The notes: a model not told the origin generated them from the letters alone. DNA of 15,845 nt from a virus (IMGVR_UViG_2609459791_000001:1-15845), one strand, 5' to 3'. Positions 1 through 9,730 are shown, counted from the stretch's first letter. Program-made: numbers and translations.

Positions 1-72
1 AATTCGTTGTCAGGATAAGGACAATCAATAAAGGACTTCTGTATGAGTCATACAGAAAGAACAGGATTTTAA

Positions 73-1506
73 ATGAATAAGAAATCGTTATGGAAGCTAA
101 TTCTGATATTAGCGATCCCATGTATTATTGGTTTTATGCCAGCTCCGGCAGGATTAAGCGAACTGGCGTGGGTGCTTTTTGGTATTTACCTGGCGGCCAT
201 TGTGGGGCTGGTTATCAAGCCTTTCCCGGAACCTGTCGTACTGTTAATTGCCGTTGCTGCCTCAATGGTGGTGGTCGGTAACTTATCCGACGGTGCGTTT
301 AAAACCACCGCCGTATTAAGCGGTTACTCTTCAGGTACCACCTGGCTGGTGTTCTCGGCGTTTACCTTAAGCGCCGCATTTGTGACCACCGGTTTAGGTA
401 AACGTATTGCCTATCTGCTGATTGGTAAAATCGGTAACACCACGCTGGGTCTGGGTTACGTTACGGTATTCCTCGATCTGGTACTGGCTCCGGCAACACC
501 GTCTAACACCGCGCGTGCGGGCGGCATTGTGTTACCGATCATCAACAGCGTGGCGGTGGCTTTGGGGTCCGAACCGGAAAAAAGTCCGCGTCGTGTCGGA
601 CATTACCTGATGATGTCCATTTACATGGTCACCAAAACCACCAGCTATATGTTCTTTACCGCAATGGCGGGGAACATTCTGGCGCTGAAAATGATCAACG
701 ACATTCTGCACCTGCAAATTAGCTGGGGTGGATGGGCGCTGGCAGCCGGATTGCCGGGCATCATTATGCTGCTGGTCACCCCGCTGGTGATTTACACCAT
801 GTATCCACCAGAAATTAAGAAGGTGGATAACAAAACCATCGCTAAAGCGGGCCTTGCCGAACTAGGACCGATGAAAATCCGCGAAAAAATGCTGCTCGGT
901 GTCTTTGTGCTGGCGCTGCTGGGCTGGATTTTCAGTAAGTCTCTGGGGGTTGATGAATCCACCGTGGCAATCGTTGTTATGGCAACCATGCTGCTGCTGG
1001 GTATCGTTACCTGGGAAGACGTGGTTAAAAATAAAGGCGGCTGGAATACCTTAATCTGGTACGGCGGTATTATCGGCTTAAGCTCCTTATTATCGAAAGT
1101 TAAATTCTTCGAATGGTTAGCTGAAGTCTTTAAAAATAACCTGGCATTTGATGGTCACGGTAACGTTGCTTTCTTCGTTATTATTTTCCTCAGCATTATC
1201 GTGCGTTATTTCTTCGCTTCCGGTAGTGCCTATATCGTTGCTATGTTACCGGTATTTGCCATGCTGGCGAACGTCTCCGGCGCACCGTTAATGTTAACCG
1301 CGCTGGCACTGTTGTTCTCCAACTCCTATGGCGGCATGGTTACTCACTATGGCGGCGCGGCAGGTCCGGTCATCTTTGGCGTGGGTTATAACGATATTAA
1401 ATCCTGGTGGTTGGTCGGTGCGGTACTGACGATATTAACCTTCCTGGTGCATATCACCCTCGGCGTGTGGTGGTGGAATATGCTGATCGGCTGGAACATG
1501 CTGTAA
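73..1506 (+). CDS. ybhI: Putative inner-membrane anion/carboxylate transporter (DASS-like permease)
   Basis: 477-aa ORF, hydrophobic throughout with many predicted TM segments; position immediately upstream of an aconitase-family gene and ybhC matches the E. coli ybhI-ybhJ-ybhC arrangement next to att-lambda. Confidence 0.85.
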   Translation: MNKKSLWKLILILAIPCIIGFMPAPAGLSELAWVLFGIYLAAIVGLVIKPFPEPVVLLIAVAASMVVVGNLSDGAFKTTAVLSGYSSGTTWLVFSAFTLSAAFVTTGLGKRIAYLLIGKIGNTTLGLGYVTVFLDLVLAPATPSNTARAGGIVLPIINSVAVALGSEPEKSPRRVGHYLMMSIYMVTKTTSYMFFTAMAGNILALKMINDILHLQISWGGWALAAGLPGIIMLLVTPLVIYTMYPPEIKKVDNKTIAKAGLAELGPMKIREKMLLGVFVLALLGWIFSKSLGVDESTVAIVVMATMLLLGIVTWEDVVKNKGGWNTLIWYGGIIGLSSLLSKVKFFEWLAEVFKNNLAFDGHGNVAFFVIIFLSIIVRYFFASGSAYIVAMLPVFAMLANVSGAPLMLTALALLFSNSYGGMVTHYGGAAGPVIFGVGYNDIKSWWLVGAVLTILTFLVHITLGVWWWNMLIGWNML

Positions 1507-1514
1507 ATATACTC

Positions 1515-1628
1515 GTCATACTTCAAGTTGCATGTGCTGCGTTTGCGTTCGCTCACCCCAGTCACTTACTTATGTAAGCTCCTGGGGATTCACTCACTTG
1601 TCGCCTTCCTGCAACTCGAATTATTTAG
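1515..1628. repeat. ERIC (enterobacterial repetitive intergenic consensus) element in the ybhI-ybhJ spacer
   Basis: Contains cgctcaccccagtcacttactt and atgtaagctcctggggattcac, which I recognise as the two halves of the ERIC core (the ERIC2 / ERIC1R primer sequences) in inverted arrangement; flanked by inverted repeat caagttgca / tgcaactcg. Boundaries approximate. Confidence 0.75.
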
Positions 1629-1688
1629 AGTATATCCATTTATTATCTTTCTGCGCACTTCACGGTGCGCAGATATCTGGAGCATTTG

Positions 1689-3950
1689 ATGATCAAGTTA
1701 TCTGAAAAAGGCATGTTTCTCGCCAGTAATAACGAAATAATTGCCGAAGAACATTTCACCGGCGAAATTAAAAAAGAAGAAGCCAAAAAAGGCACTATTG
1801 CCTGGTCTATTCTCTCTTCTCATAATACGTCCGGAAATATGGATAAACTTAAAATTAAGTTTGATTCATTAGCCTCTCACGATATTACCTTTGTTGGTAT
1901 TGTACAGACCGCTAAAGCGTCCGGAATGGAACGTTTCCCGCTGCCGTATGTGCTGACCAACTGCCATAACTCACTCTGCGCCGTCGGCGGCACCATTAAC
2001 GGTGATGACCATGTTTTTGGTTTATCGGCAGCTCAGCGTTATGGCGGTATTTTTGTGCCTCCGCATATTGCGGTCATCCATCAATATATGCGTGAGATGA
2101 TGGCAGGCGGCGGCAAAATGATCCTCGGGTCAGACAGCCACACCCGTTACGGTGCATTAGGGACAATGGCAGTCGGTGAGGGCGGCGGTGAGTTGGTAAA
2201 ACAGCTGCTTAATGACACCTGGGATATCGACTATCCGGGAGTTGTTGCGGTGCATCTGACCGGAAAACCAGCGCCGTATGTGGGGCCGCAGGATGTGGCG
2301 CTGGCTATCATCGGTGCCGTGTTCAAAAACGGCTACGTCAAAAACAAAGTGATGGAATTCGTAGGTCCCGGTGTTGCTGCGCTCTCTACCGATTTCCGTA
2401 ACAGCGTTGACGTTATGACCACTGAAACGACCTGTTTAAGTTCTGTCTGGCAAACCGATGAAGAAGTCCATAACTGGCTGGCGCTGCACGGTCGCGGCCA
2501 GGATTACTGCCAGCTTAACCCTCAACCGATGGCGTACTACGATGGCTGCATCAGCGTTGATTTAAGCGCCATCAAACCAATGATTGCGCTGCCGTTCCAC
2601 CCGAGCAACGTGTATGAAATCGACACACTGAACCAGAACCTGACCGACATTCTGCGTGAGATTGAAATTGAGTCCGAACGCGTGGCGCACGGTAAAGCCA
2701 AACTCTCGCTGCTGGATAAAGTGGAAAATGGTCGCCTGAAAGTGCAGCAGGGGATTATCGCGGGCTGTTCTGGCGGTAACTACGAAAACGTCATCGCGGC
2801 GGCGAATGCACTGCGCGGTCAATCCTGTGGCAATGACACCTTCTCGCTGGCAGTTTACCCGTCATCACAGCCGGTGTTTATGGATCTCGCCAAAAAAGGT
2901 GTGGTAGCAGATTTGATTGGCGCAGGCGCAATCATCAGAACCGCGTTCTGCGGCCCATGCTTTGGCGCGGGCGATACGCCAATCAACAACGGATTAAGTA
3001 TTCGCCACACCACGCGCAACTTCCCGAACCGCGAAGGCTCTAAGCCAGCTAATGGGCAGATGTCAGCGGTGGCGTTGATGGACGCTCGTTCTATCGCTGC
3101 GACTGCGGCAAACGGTGGCTATTTAACCTCTGCCAGCGAACTTGATTGCTGGGACAACGTGCCGGAGTACGCCTTCGATGTAACGCCGTATAAAAACCGT
3201 GTTTATCAGGGCTTTGTGAAAGGGGCAACTCAGCAACCGCTGATTTACGGACCGAACATTAAAGACTGGCCGGAATTGGGTGCGCTGACTGACAATATCG
3301 TCCTGAAAGTGTGCTCGAAGATCCTCGACGAAGTGACCACCACCGACGAACTGATTCCTTCCGGTGAAACCTCTTCTTATCGTTCAAATCCGATTGGTCT
3401 GGCGGAGTTTACCCTGTCACGCCGCGATCCCGGTTATGTTGGCAGAAGTAAAGCGACTGCTGAGCTGGAAAATCAGCGTCTGGCGGGGAATGTCAGCGAG
3501 CTGACAGAGGTGTTTGCGCGCATTAAGCAGATTGCTGGTCAGGAGCATATTGATCCGCTGCAAACTGAAATTGGCAGCATGGTATATGCGGTGAAACCAG
3601 GCGATGGTTCTGCGCGTGAACAGGCGGCGAGCTGCCAGCGTGTGATTGGCGGTCTGGCGAATATTGCCGAAGAGTACGCGACTAAACGCTACCGTTCTAA
3701 CGTCATCAACTGGGGGATGTTACCGCTGCAGATGGCGGAAGTGCCAACCTTTGAAGTGGGGGATTACATTTACATCCCTGGCATTAAAGCGGCGCTGGAT
3801 AATCCGGGTACGACGTTTAAAGGTTATGTGATCCATGAAGATGCGCCGGTAACGGAAATTACGCTCTATATGGAAAGTCTGACTGCTGAAGAGCGCGAGA
3901 TTATCAAGGCGGGTAGTTTGATTAACTTCAATAAAAACCGTCAGATGTAA
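1689..3950 (+). CDS. ybhJ: Aconitase-family hydratase/dehydratase (putative)
   Basis: ORF in track begins at 1665, but ATG at 1689 is preceded by GGAG (1679-1682) and gives 753 aa; contains aconitase-like motifs GSDSHT and CGPCFGAG. Confidence 0.88.
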   Translation: MIKLSEKGMFLASNNEIIAEEHFTGEIKKEEAKKGTIAWSILSSHNTSGNMDKLKIKFDSLASHDITFVGIVQTAKASGMERFPLPYVLTNCHNSLCAVGGTINGDDHVFGLSAAQRYGGIFVPPHIAVIHQYMREMMAGGGKMILGSDSHTRYGALGTMAVGEGGGELVKQLLNDTWDIDYPGVVAVHLTGKPAPYVGPQDVALAIIGAVFKNGYVKNKVMEFVGPGVAALSTDFRNSVDVMTTETTCLSSVWQTDEEVHNWLALHGRGQDYCQLNPQPMAYYDGCISVDLSAIKPMIALPFHPSNVYEIDTLNQNLTDILREIEIESERVAHGKAKLSLLDKVENGRLKVQQGIIAGCSGGNYENVIAAANALRGQSCGNDTFSLAVYPSSQPVFMDLAKKGVVADLIGAGAIIRTAFCGPCFGAGDTPINNGLSIRHTTRNFPNREGSKPANGQMSAVALMDARSIAATAANGGYLTSASELDCWDNVPEYAFDVTPYKNRVYQGFVKGATQQPLIYGPNIKDWPELGALTDNIVLKVCSKILDEVTTTDELIPSGETSSYRSNPIGLAEFTLSRRDPGYVGRSKATAELENQRLAGNVSELTEVFARIKQIAGQEHIDPLQTEIGSMVYAVKPGDGSAREQAASCQRVIGGLANIAEEYATKRYRSNVINWGMLPLQMAEVPTFEVGDYIYIPGIKAALDNPGTTFKGYVIHEDAPVTEITLYMESLTAEEREIIKAGSLINFNKNRQM

Positions 3951-3965
3951 AAAGCGCCATGTGAA

Positions 3966-4172
<207 letters not shown>

Positions 4173-4183
4173 GTTAATTGCTC

Positions 4184-5467
4184 TTACTTCTTCGCCTCTG
4201 CAACCACTTTACTACCCACGCCGCGGTTATTGTATTCCCACATGCGGTTGTAGTTAGTGTCATTCAGATTGCGCTGTATTTCGTCGTTATCATCTACGCT
4301 GCCGGTATTACCCGCAAACGGACGATTAGAGATCACCGCATCGGCCCACGGTTTAGCCGTGTTAAAACCTTCGTTGATGGCGCTATCACGGATCACCACC
4401 TGACCGTTGGTATTGGCATCAACATCCAGCGAGCGGCCCAGTTGCGCCACACCATCACCGAAAGCATTGAAACGGCTGTTTACGGCGAGGAAACCGTAGT
4501 AAATGTTGGACAGCGTAGCCGGTGCAAACACATACGCTTCTTGCTGAGTACGTGAGTTCACCACGCGGAATTCGGTGTTATCGAACACCACTGCGCCGCG
4601 ACCAGAAACGATATCCACATCCCCTTCAATGTAGCTGTTGGTCACCAGCGTACGCGGCTGACGATTCGTTTCCAGACGGTTCTGCACACCGCTGTTGGTG
4701 ACAAAGAAGGTGTTCTGACGACCGAGAATGTTAACGTTGTTAATCTGTACCTGGTCACCATCAGTACGCAGTGCCACCGCCGGATGGTTACCTACATCTA
4801 CGCTATCGCCCAGCGTGTTTTCGATGGTCAGATTTTGCAGTTGCAGGCCATTGTTTTGTGACCAGAAGACCGCAGAGCAGAGAACACCGATACTGTCGCT
4901 GCGTTTGCTCTGGCAGCTATCGTACATATACCACGCTGGTTTACCTGGCATATATTTGCCGCGCGGGTTGACGTCGTGACGCCAGTCGGCAGGGCTCATG
5001 CCACCATCAAGGGAAAGCCCAATCTTCACATCAATCGGTTTTTCACCTGTACCGTACAGAGTAATTCCACCCGGAGCGGCAGGGACATATACCGTTCCCT
5101 GATACTCACCAGGCATCACGGCAATATACTGGCGCTTGTTGGTACGCTTGATAATTGCCGCATCTACCGCCGCCTGAATCGTGGTATGCGTTACACCTTG
5201 AGTGCCCGCCGGGCCGACAACAAAGTCAGGTTGCGCAGGCAGGGTAATCGGGGAAGGATTCCACGCTGCAGCACCTGGTGTCAGGGATGCAAAATAGTGT
5301 TGAGCATCGAAATTCTGCGCTTCTTTTGCCGACAGAATCGGGCGAGAAGAGGTACCAGGCGCGGTTTGATCAGAAGGACGTTGATCGGGCGGAGTTGAGC
5401 TACAGGCGGTCAGCGTCACGCCAAAAGCCAATGCCAGCGCCAGACGGGAAACTGAAAATGTGTTCAC
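4184..5467 (-). CDS. ybhC: Outer-membrane lipoprotein, pectin-methylesterase-like family
   Basis: 427-aa ORF; GTG start at 5467 with GGAG upstream; N-terminal signal peptide with lipobox LTAC; pectinesterase-like segments (AVALRTDGDQ, GDVDIVSGRGAVVFDNTEF); last chromosomal gene before the att core. Confidence 0.85.
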   Translation of the reverse strand: MNTFSVSRLALALAFGVTLTACSSTPPDQRPSDQTAPGTSSRPILSAKEAQNFDAQHYFASLTPGAAAWNPSPITLPAQPDFVVGPAGTQGVTHTTIQAAVDAAIIKRTNKRQYIAVMPGEYQGTVYVPAAPGGITLYGTGEKPIDVKIGLSLDGGMSPADWRHDVNPRGKYMPGKPAWYMYDSCQSKRSDSIGVLCSAVFWSQNNGLQLQNLTIENTLGDSVDVGNHPAVALRTDGDQVQINNVNILGRQNTFFVTNSGVQNRLETNRQPRTLVTNSYIEGDVDIVSGRGAVVFDNTEFRVVNSRTQQEAYVFAPATLSNIYYGFLAVNSRFNAFGDGVAQLGRSLDVDANTNGQVVIRDSAINEGFNTAKPWADAVISNRPFAGNTGSVDDNDEIQRNLNDTNYNRMWEYNNRGVGSKVVAEAKK

Positions 5468-5499
5468 AGGTTGCTCCGGGCTATGAAATAGAAAAATGA

Positions 5500-5601
5500 A
5501 TCCGTTGAAGCCTGCTTTTTTATACTAAGTTGGCATTATAAAAAAGCATTGCTTATCAATTTGTTGCAACGAACAGGTCACTATCAGTCAAAATAAAATC
5601 A
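5500..5601. other. attL: attL (B-O-P') of a lambda-type integrase; 15-bp core GCTTTTTTATACTAA at 5514-5528 followed by the P' arm
   Basis: Exact lambda att core sequence; sequence to the right (gttggcattataaaaaagcattgcttatcaatttgttgcaacgaacaggtcactatcagtcaaaataaaatcattatttgatttc) matches what I remember of the lambda P' arm with arm-type Int sites; int gene immediately adjacent. Confidence 0.9.
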
Positions 5602-6672
5602 TTATTTGATTTCAATTTTGTCCCACTCCCTGCCTCTGTCATCACGATACTGTGATGCCATGGTGTCCGACTTATGCCCGAGAAGATGTTGAGCAAACTT
5701 ATCGCTTATCTGCTTCTCATAGAGTCTTGCAGACAAACTGCGCAACTCGTGAAAGGTAGGCGGATCCCCTTCGAAGGAAAGACCTGATGCTTTTCGTGCG
5801 CGCATAAAATACCTTGATACTGTGCCGGATGAAAGCGGTTCGCGACGAGTAGATGCAATTATGGTTTCTCCGCCAAGAATCTCTTTGCATTTATCAAGTG
5901 TTTCCTTCATTGATATTCCGAGGGCATCAACATGCAATGCTGTTGGGATGGCAATTTTTACGCCTGTTTTGCTTTGCTCGACATAAAGATATCCATCTAC
6001 GATATCAGACCACTTCATTTCGCATAAATCACCAACTCGTTGCCCGGTAACAACAGCCAGTTCCATTGCAAGTCTGAGCCAATATGGTGATGATTCTGCT
6101 GCTTGATAAATTTTCAGGTATTCGTCAGCCGTAAGTCTTGATCTCCTTACCTCTGATTTTGCTGCGCGAGTGGCAGCGACAGGGTTTGTTGTTATATGGC
6201 CTTCAGCTATTGCCTCTCGGAATGCATCGCTCAGTGTTGATCTGATTAACTTGGCTGACGCCGCCTTGCCCTCGTCTATGTATCCATTGAGCATTGCCGC
6301 AATTTCTTTTGTGGTGATGTCTTCAAGTGGAGCATCAGGCAGACCCCTCCTTATTGCTTTAATTTTGCTCATGTAATTTATGAGTGTCTTCTGCTTGATT
6401 CCTCTGCTGGCCAGGATTTTTTCGTAGCGATCAAGCCATGAATGTAACGTAACGGAATTATCACTGTTGATTCTCGCTGTCAGAGGCTTGTGTTTGTGTC
6501 CTGAAAATAACTCAATGTTGGCCTGTATAGCTTCAGTGATTGCGATTCGCCTGTCTCGGCCTAATCCAAACTCTTTACCCGTCCTTGGGTCCCTGTAGCA
6601 GTAATATCCATTGTTTCTTATATAAAGGTTAGGGGGTAAATCCCGGCGCTCATGACTTCGCCTTCTTCCCAT
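5602..6672 (-). CDS. int: Tyrosine integrase, lambda Int type
   Basis: 356-aa ORF; translation (MGRRRSHERRDLPPNLYIRNNGYYCYRDPRTGKEFGLG..., C-terminal ...HELRSLSARLYEKQ...LLGHKSDTMASQYRDDRGREWDKIEIK) matches lambda Int as I remember it, including the catalytic-domain HxxR and Tyr region; adjacent to att. Confidence 0.95.
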   Translation of the reverse strand: MGRRRSHERRDLPPNLYIRNNGYYCYRDPRTGKEFGLGRDRRIAITEAIQANIELFSGHKHKPLTARINSDNSVTLHSWLDRYEKILASRGIKQKTLINYMSKIKAIRRGLPDAPLEDITTKEIAAMLNGYIDEGKAASAKLIRSTLSDAFREAIAEGHITTNPVAATRAAKSEVRRSRLTADEYLKIYQAAESSPYWLRLAMELAVVTGQRVGDLCEMKWSDIVDGYLYVEQSKTGVKIAIPTALHVDALGISMKETLDKCKEILGGETIIASTRREPLSSGTVSRYFMRARKASGLSFEGDPPTFHELRSLSARLYEKQISDKFAQHLLGHKSDTMASQYRDDRGREWDKIEIK

Positions 6673-6868
6673 TTCTGATCCTCTTCAAAAGGCTACCTGT
6701 TACTGGTCGATTTAAGTCAACCTTTACCGCTGATTCGTGGAACAGATATTCTCTTCCATCCTTAACCGGAGGAGGGAATATCCTGCATTCGCGCACCCAT
6801 CGACGAACTGTTTCAAGGCTTCTTGGGCGTCGCTGGCGAGCGTTCCACTCCTGAAGTGTCAAGTACAT
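6650..6868 (-). CDS. xis: Excisionase, lambda Xis type
   Basis: 72-aa ORF MYLTLQEWNARQRRPRSLETVRRWVRECRIFPPPVKDGREYLFHESAVKVDLNRPVTGSLLKRIRNGKKAKS, overlapping the int start by 23 nt as in lambda. Confidence 0.95.
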   Translation of the reverse strand: MYLTLQEWNARQRRPRSLETVRRWVRECRIFPPPVKDGREYLFHESAVKVDLNRPVTGSLLKRIRNGKKAKS

Positions 6869-7084
6869 CGCAAAGTCTCCGCAATTACACGCAAGAAAAA
6901 ACCGCCATCAGGCGGCTTGGTGTTCTTTCAGTTCTTCAATTCGAATATTGGTTACGTCTGCATGTGCTATCTGCGCCCACAGCATCCAGTGGTCATAGCA
7001 GTCGCTGATGTTCTCGGCTTCGATAACTCTGTTGAATGGTTCTCCATTCTATTCACCTGTAACTCGGAAGTGCATTTATCATCG

Positions 7085-7142
7085 CCATAAAACAAAACTC
7101 GCCGTAGCGAGTTCAGATAAAAGAAAACCCGCACTCGGCGGG
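7085..7142 (-). terminator. Tandem rho-independent terminator-like hairpins for leftward transcription, upstream of xis
   Basis: On the minus strand: hairpin cccgccgagtgcggg (7128-7142) followed by a U-rich run, and hairpin actcgctacggcgagt (7097-7112) followed by ttttgtttt. Confidence 0.5.
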
Positions 7143-7164
7143 TTCGCATTCGTTCAAATTGCGT

Positions 7165-7446
7165 TTACTTCTTGGCGTTCTGTTCATCCATATCGATATA
7201 CCATGGGTTGCTTCCCTTGGGCATGTTTAACGACTGCTCGCGATAGTATCTGATGCGCTCCATGAAATACTCGCGTGAGTGCTCAGGTTGCTCTCATGAT
7301 ACCTGCTCAGTGATAACAGGTATGTTAAGGCGCTCTCTGTACTCCATGCCTGATGCTGCAAGGTCAACGTTTACCTTGTTCTGTTTTTCTTTCGATTTCT
7401 CGGCGATGTTATGCCTGACATTGTCAACCCGCCTCCTTCTGAACAT
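7165..7446 (-). pseudogene. ea8.5: ea8.5-like reading frame (282 nt) interrupted by one in-frame TGA at codon 51
   Basis: ATG at 7446 (minus) to TAA at 7165-7167 is a single frame of 94 codons with one internal TGA (7294-7296): MFRRRRVDNVRHNIAEKSKEKQNKVNVDLAASGMEYRERLNIPVITEQVS*EQPEHSREYFMERIRYYREQSLNMPKGSNPWYIDMDEQNAKK. Length and distance from xis match where I remember lambda ea8.5 (93 aa). Identity to lambda Ea8.5 is not verified. Confidence 0.4.
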
Positions 7447-7666
7447 AACGGTTATAAATCAGTCCCTGAGGGCCATAAGGAAGCGGGATGTGCAACTCCT
7501 CTGGTTCAGAAACTATCCATTCCCCGGCCATCTCCGCTGGAGAGGTAATGATAAGTTGTTTGCTAATAAAAGGACCACTCCTCTCAACAACAAGCTTACC
7601 ATCTTCATTAATAAAAGCTTGGATGTCAGGTGTGCTTCCACACTTGGTGATGCAGCGTTTGAACAT
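7424..7666 (-). CDS. Hypothetical small phage protein (80 aa), accessory region beside xis
   Basis: ORF in track 7424-7708; internal ATG at 7666 is preceded by GGGGGA at appropriate spacing, giving MFKRCITKCGSTPDIQAFINEDGKLVVERSGPFISKQ...; overlaps the ea8.5-like start by 23 nt in another frame; co-directional with the 191-aa gene. Confidence 0.5.
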   Translation of the reverse strand: MFKRCITKCGSTPDIQAFINEDGKLVVERSGPFISKQLIITSPAEMAGEWIVSEPEELHIPLPYGPQGLIYNRYVQKEAG

Positions 7667-7792
7667 TTTGTGTCCCCCCATTTTATGGACGGGGTAATTA
7701 TAACACATTGAAATATAGTAATATTTGACGTAGATTTCTTTTGATCTATAAGCGATTTTTTAATGCTTTTAAGTTATAAATACTTGTTTTCA

Positions 7793-8368
7793 TCACCCAT
7801 CTTGCTGCGGTGCTACTATTGAAAAGTACTCACACCCTTTAGCCCAAATAGTTTTGATAGTTGTCCAACTGACTGGAACCTTGATTTCGATTCTTCCGCT
7901 GCCGTCACAAGTTTCGCAATCATCATCACCAAAGCATTCCGGGCAGCTTATAAACGTAGTTTCTGAAAATTCACCGGATAGCACACCCTTAGCGCCGTTC
8001 TCAGCGGTTAGTTTCTTCGGCACTATAACCCAACCATCCGGAGTTACCGGAGAGTTGCCATTTATATCGAAGTTTGGCTCTGCGTCCTGAACCAGGAGGA
8101 TGTAACCATTCTTGGCAGTATCAAGTTCTAACGCCTCGGTGACGGTACCGAAATAGCGATTACCTAAATCCGCATCACAAGTGCTTACATCAATGGAAAC
8201 CTCCATGCCTTCGATTAATTCTGGCAAGTTGTAAGTTTGGCTTACAGGTTCTGCTCCCAGTGATGCCAGTGCAATTCGTGCCAGTTCCATTTGTTCGCCA
8301 CGAGTAAGCCCGTTTTCAAGCGGATTTTTAATGAACAATTCAATACGTTCTTTGGTAATAGTGGTCAT
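7793..8368 (-). CDS. Hypothetical phage protein (191 aa) with C-terminal DnaJ-like CxxCxGxG zinc-finger motif
   Basis: ORF with good SD (AAGGA, 8 nt before ATG at 8368); C-terminal CPECFGDDDCETCDGSG gives two CxxC pairs in CxxCxGxG-type spacing; acidic N-terminal two-thirds. No family recognised from memory. Confidence 0.65.
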   Translation of the reverse strand: MTTITKERIELFIKNPLENGLTRGEQMELARIALASLGAEPVSQTYNLPELIEGMEVSIDVSTCDADLGNRYFGTVTEALELDTAKNGYILLVQDAEPNFDINGNSPVTPDGWVIVPKKLTAENGAKGVLSGEFSETTFISCPECFGDDDCETCDGSGRIEIKVPVSWTTIKTIWAKGCEYFSIVAPQQDG

Positions 8369-8597
8369 TTGTTAGTCCTTAAACTGCTAGTTGCAATTGC
8401 ATTTCAAAGCGGTCGCGTTGTTCACAATACGCAAGAGAACCAGGGCTATTGTGTGCCTCAAACTGCAAATACCTTCCAACGAAACGCTCCAGAAATAAAC
8501 GCAAGCCAATCCCAAAAGAATCTGACGTAAAAACCTTCAATTACACAGCTCACCTGTGGGATATCCGGTGGCTAAGATATCGTGCGAGGAAATGACA
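8369..8597. promoter_or_regulatory. Divergent intergenic region between leftward accessory genes and rightward nin-like genes; contains 10-bp perfect palindrome tgcaattgca (8392-8401)
   Basis: Only non-coding stretch separating the leftward and rightward gene blocks; occupies the place where a complete lambdoid phage has its whole early/immunity region. Promoter elements not confidently identified. Confidence 0.3.
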
Positions 8598-8939
8598 ATG
8601 GATTATTCACAGTTAAGTGATTTTGAAATTAACAGAATGGTAGGAGACATAATTTTTAAAGGCCTTTGGGCAAGTAAACCGGAAACATCAGGGAATAACA
8701 CCAACAAATGGTATTACGGAAATGCTGATACAACTTTTGAGCCATTAAATCATTTGCCTGACTACTGCAATGATCCGAGCGCTTCATGGCCGATTATTGA
8801 GAAATACAGGATTTCTATCTTAGACCAGTTAACTGAATGGTGTGTGGATGCAAAAGGCGTAAGCCCAATATTTGATACCAGACCTCTCCGCGCCGCCATG
8901 ATTGTCTTTCTCCTGATGCAGGAGGCCAATAATGCTTAG
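8598..8939 (+). CDS. Hypothetical phage nin-region protein (113 aa; possibly NinX/DUF2591-like)
   Basis: ORF in track starts at GTG 8556; ATG at 8598 lies 7 nt after GAGGA (8586-8590). Family assignment is from weak recollection only. Confidence 0.5.
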   Translation: MDYSQLSDFEINRMVGDIIFKGLWASKPETSGNNTNKWYYGNADTTFEPLNHLPDYCNDPSASWPIIEKYRISILDQLTEWCVDAKGVSPIFDTRPLRAAMIVFLLMQEANNA

Positions 8940-9020
8940 CCCATCTCAATCCCTTCAATACCTGAAAGGAAGCATAGAGCGGGCTTCAATGTGCACAGAG
9001 TGGATTCTATCTAGGTTTAG

Positions 9021-9149
9021 CGCATACAGAAGATTGCCGGTAAAGGGCATGCCAAGCAAGTCGATGCTGCATATGCAAAAGAATGCGCGCTGGAAGGTAT
9101 GGCGAGAACACAGGTTATCTGGCTGAAAGAGGGGGTTATTAAGGCGTGA
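9021..9149 (+). pseudogene. ybcO: 3' remnant of a ybcO-like (DUF1364) gene, lacking its 5' part
   Basis: Frame ending at TGA 9147-9149 reads ...[30 protein letters not shown], matching the C-terminus of DLP12 YbcO as I remember it, and overlaps the rusA start as in DLP12; in-frame stops at 9012-9014 and 9018-9020 and no start codon mean only about 42 codons remain. The 64-aa track ORF 8932-9126 is a different frame across the same DNA. Confidence 0.5.
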
Positions 9150-9508
9150 ATACCTACAGCATCACATTACCCTGGCCTCCGAGTAATAATCGCTATTACC
9201 GCCATAATCGCGGGCGCACGCACGTCAGCGCAGAGGGGCAGGCATACCGCGATAACGTCGCCCGAATCATTAAAAACGCAATGCTGGATATCGGCCTGAC
9301 TATGCCTGTGAAAATCCGCATTGAGTGCCACATGCCGGATCGCCGTCGCCGTGACCTGGATAATCTGCAAAAAGCCGCTTTTGACGCACTCACTAAAGCA
9401 GGTTTCTGGCTGGATGATGCTCAGGTCGTTGATTACCGCGTTGTGAAGATGCCTGTTACCAAAGGTGGGAGGCTGGAACTGACCATCACCGAAATGGGGA
9501 ATGAATGA
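9146..9508 (+). CDS. rusA: Holliday-junction resolvase RusA
   Basis: 120-aa ORF (GTG start) [51 protein letters not shown]...[31 protein letters not shown], matches DLP12 RusA closely from memory. Confidence 0.9.
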   Translation: MNTYSITLPWPPSNNRYYRHNRGRTHVSAEGQAYRDNVARIIKNAMLDIGLTMPVKIRIECHMPDRRRRDLDNLQKAAFDALTKAGFWLDDAQVVDYRVVKMPVTKGGRLELTITEMGNE

Positions 9509-9730
9509 TGTTTGAGTTTAATATGGCAGAACTTCTTCGCCACCGCTGGATGCGCCTGCGCTTATATCGTTTCCCCAGTTCTGTTTTGACCGATTACCGA
9601 ATACTGAGGAATTACGCCAAAACCCTGACAGGAGCAGGAGTATGAAGTCAGAGATAACAATCAACTAATACTGTTTTATTGATTTTTGCTTGTAATTGGC
9701 GTTCTGGTCTGATTTTTGTGGAGTAAGTTG

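Noticed and set aside
4178-5499. Plus-strand ORFs of 125, 83, 66, 140 and 73 aa inside ybhC
   Set aside because: Antisense to a long, well-supported lipoprotein gene; Arg-rich, low-complexity translations typical of out-of-frame reading of GC-rich coding DNA.
7253-7711. 152-aa plus-strand ORF
   Set aside because: Antisense across the ea8.5-like frame and the 80-aa gene, with no RBS and an odd composition; considered a chance ORF.
8932-9126. 64-aa plus-strand ORF upstream of rusA
   Set aside because: It is an alternative frame across the ybcO-like remnant; the conserved YbcO C-terminal peptide is encoded in a different frame that lacks a start, so this ORF is most likely a frameshift artefact rather than a gene.
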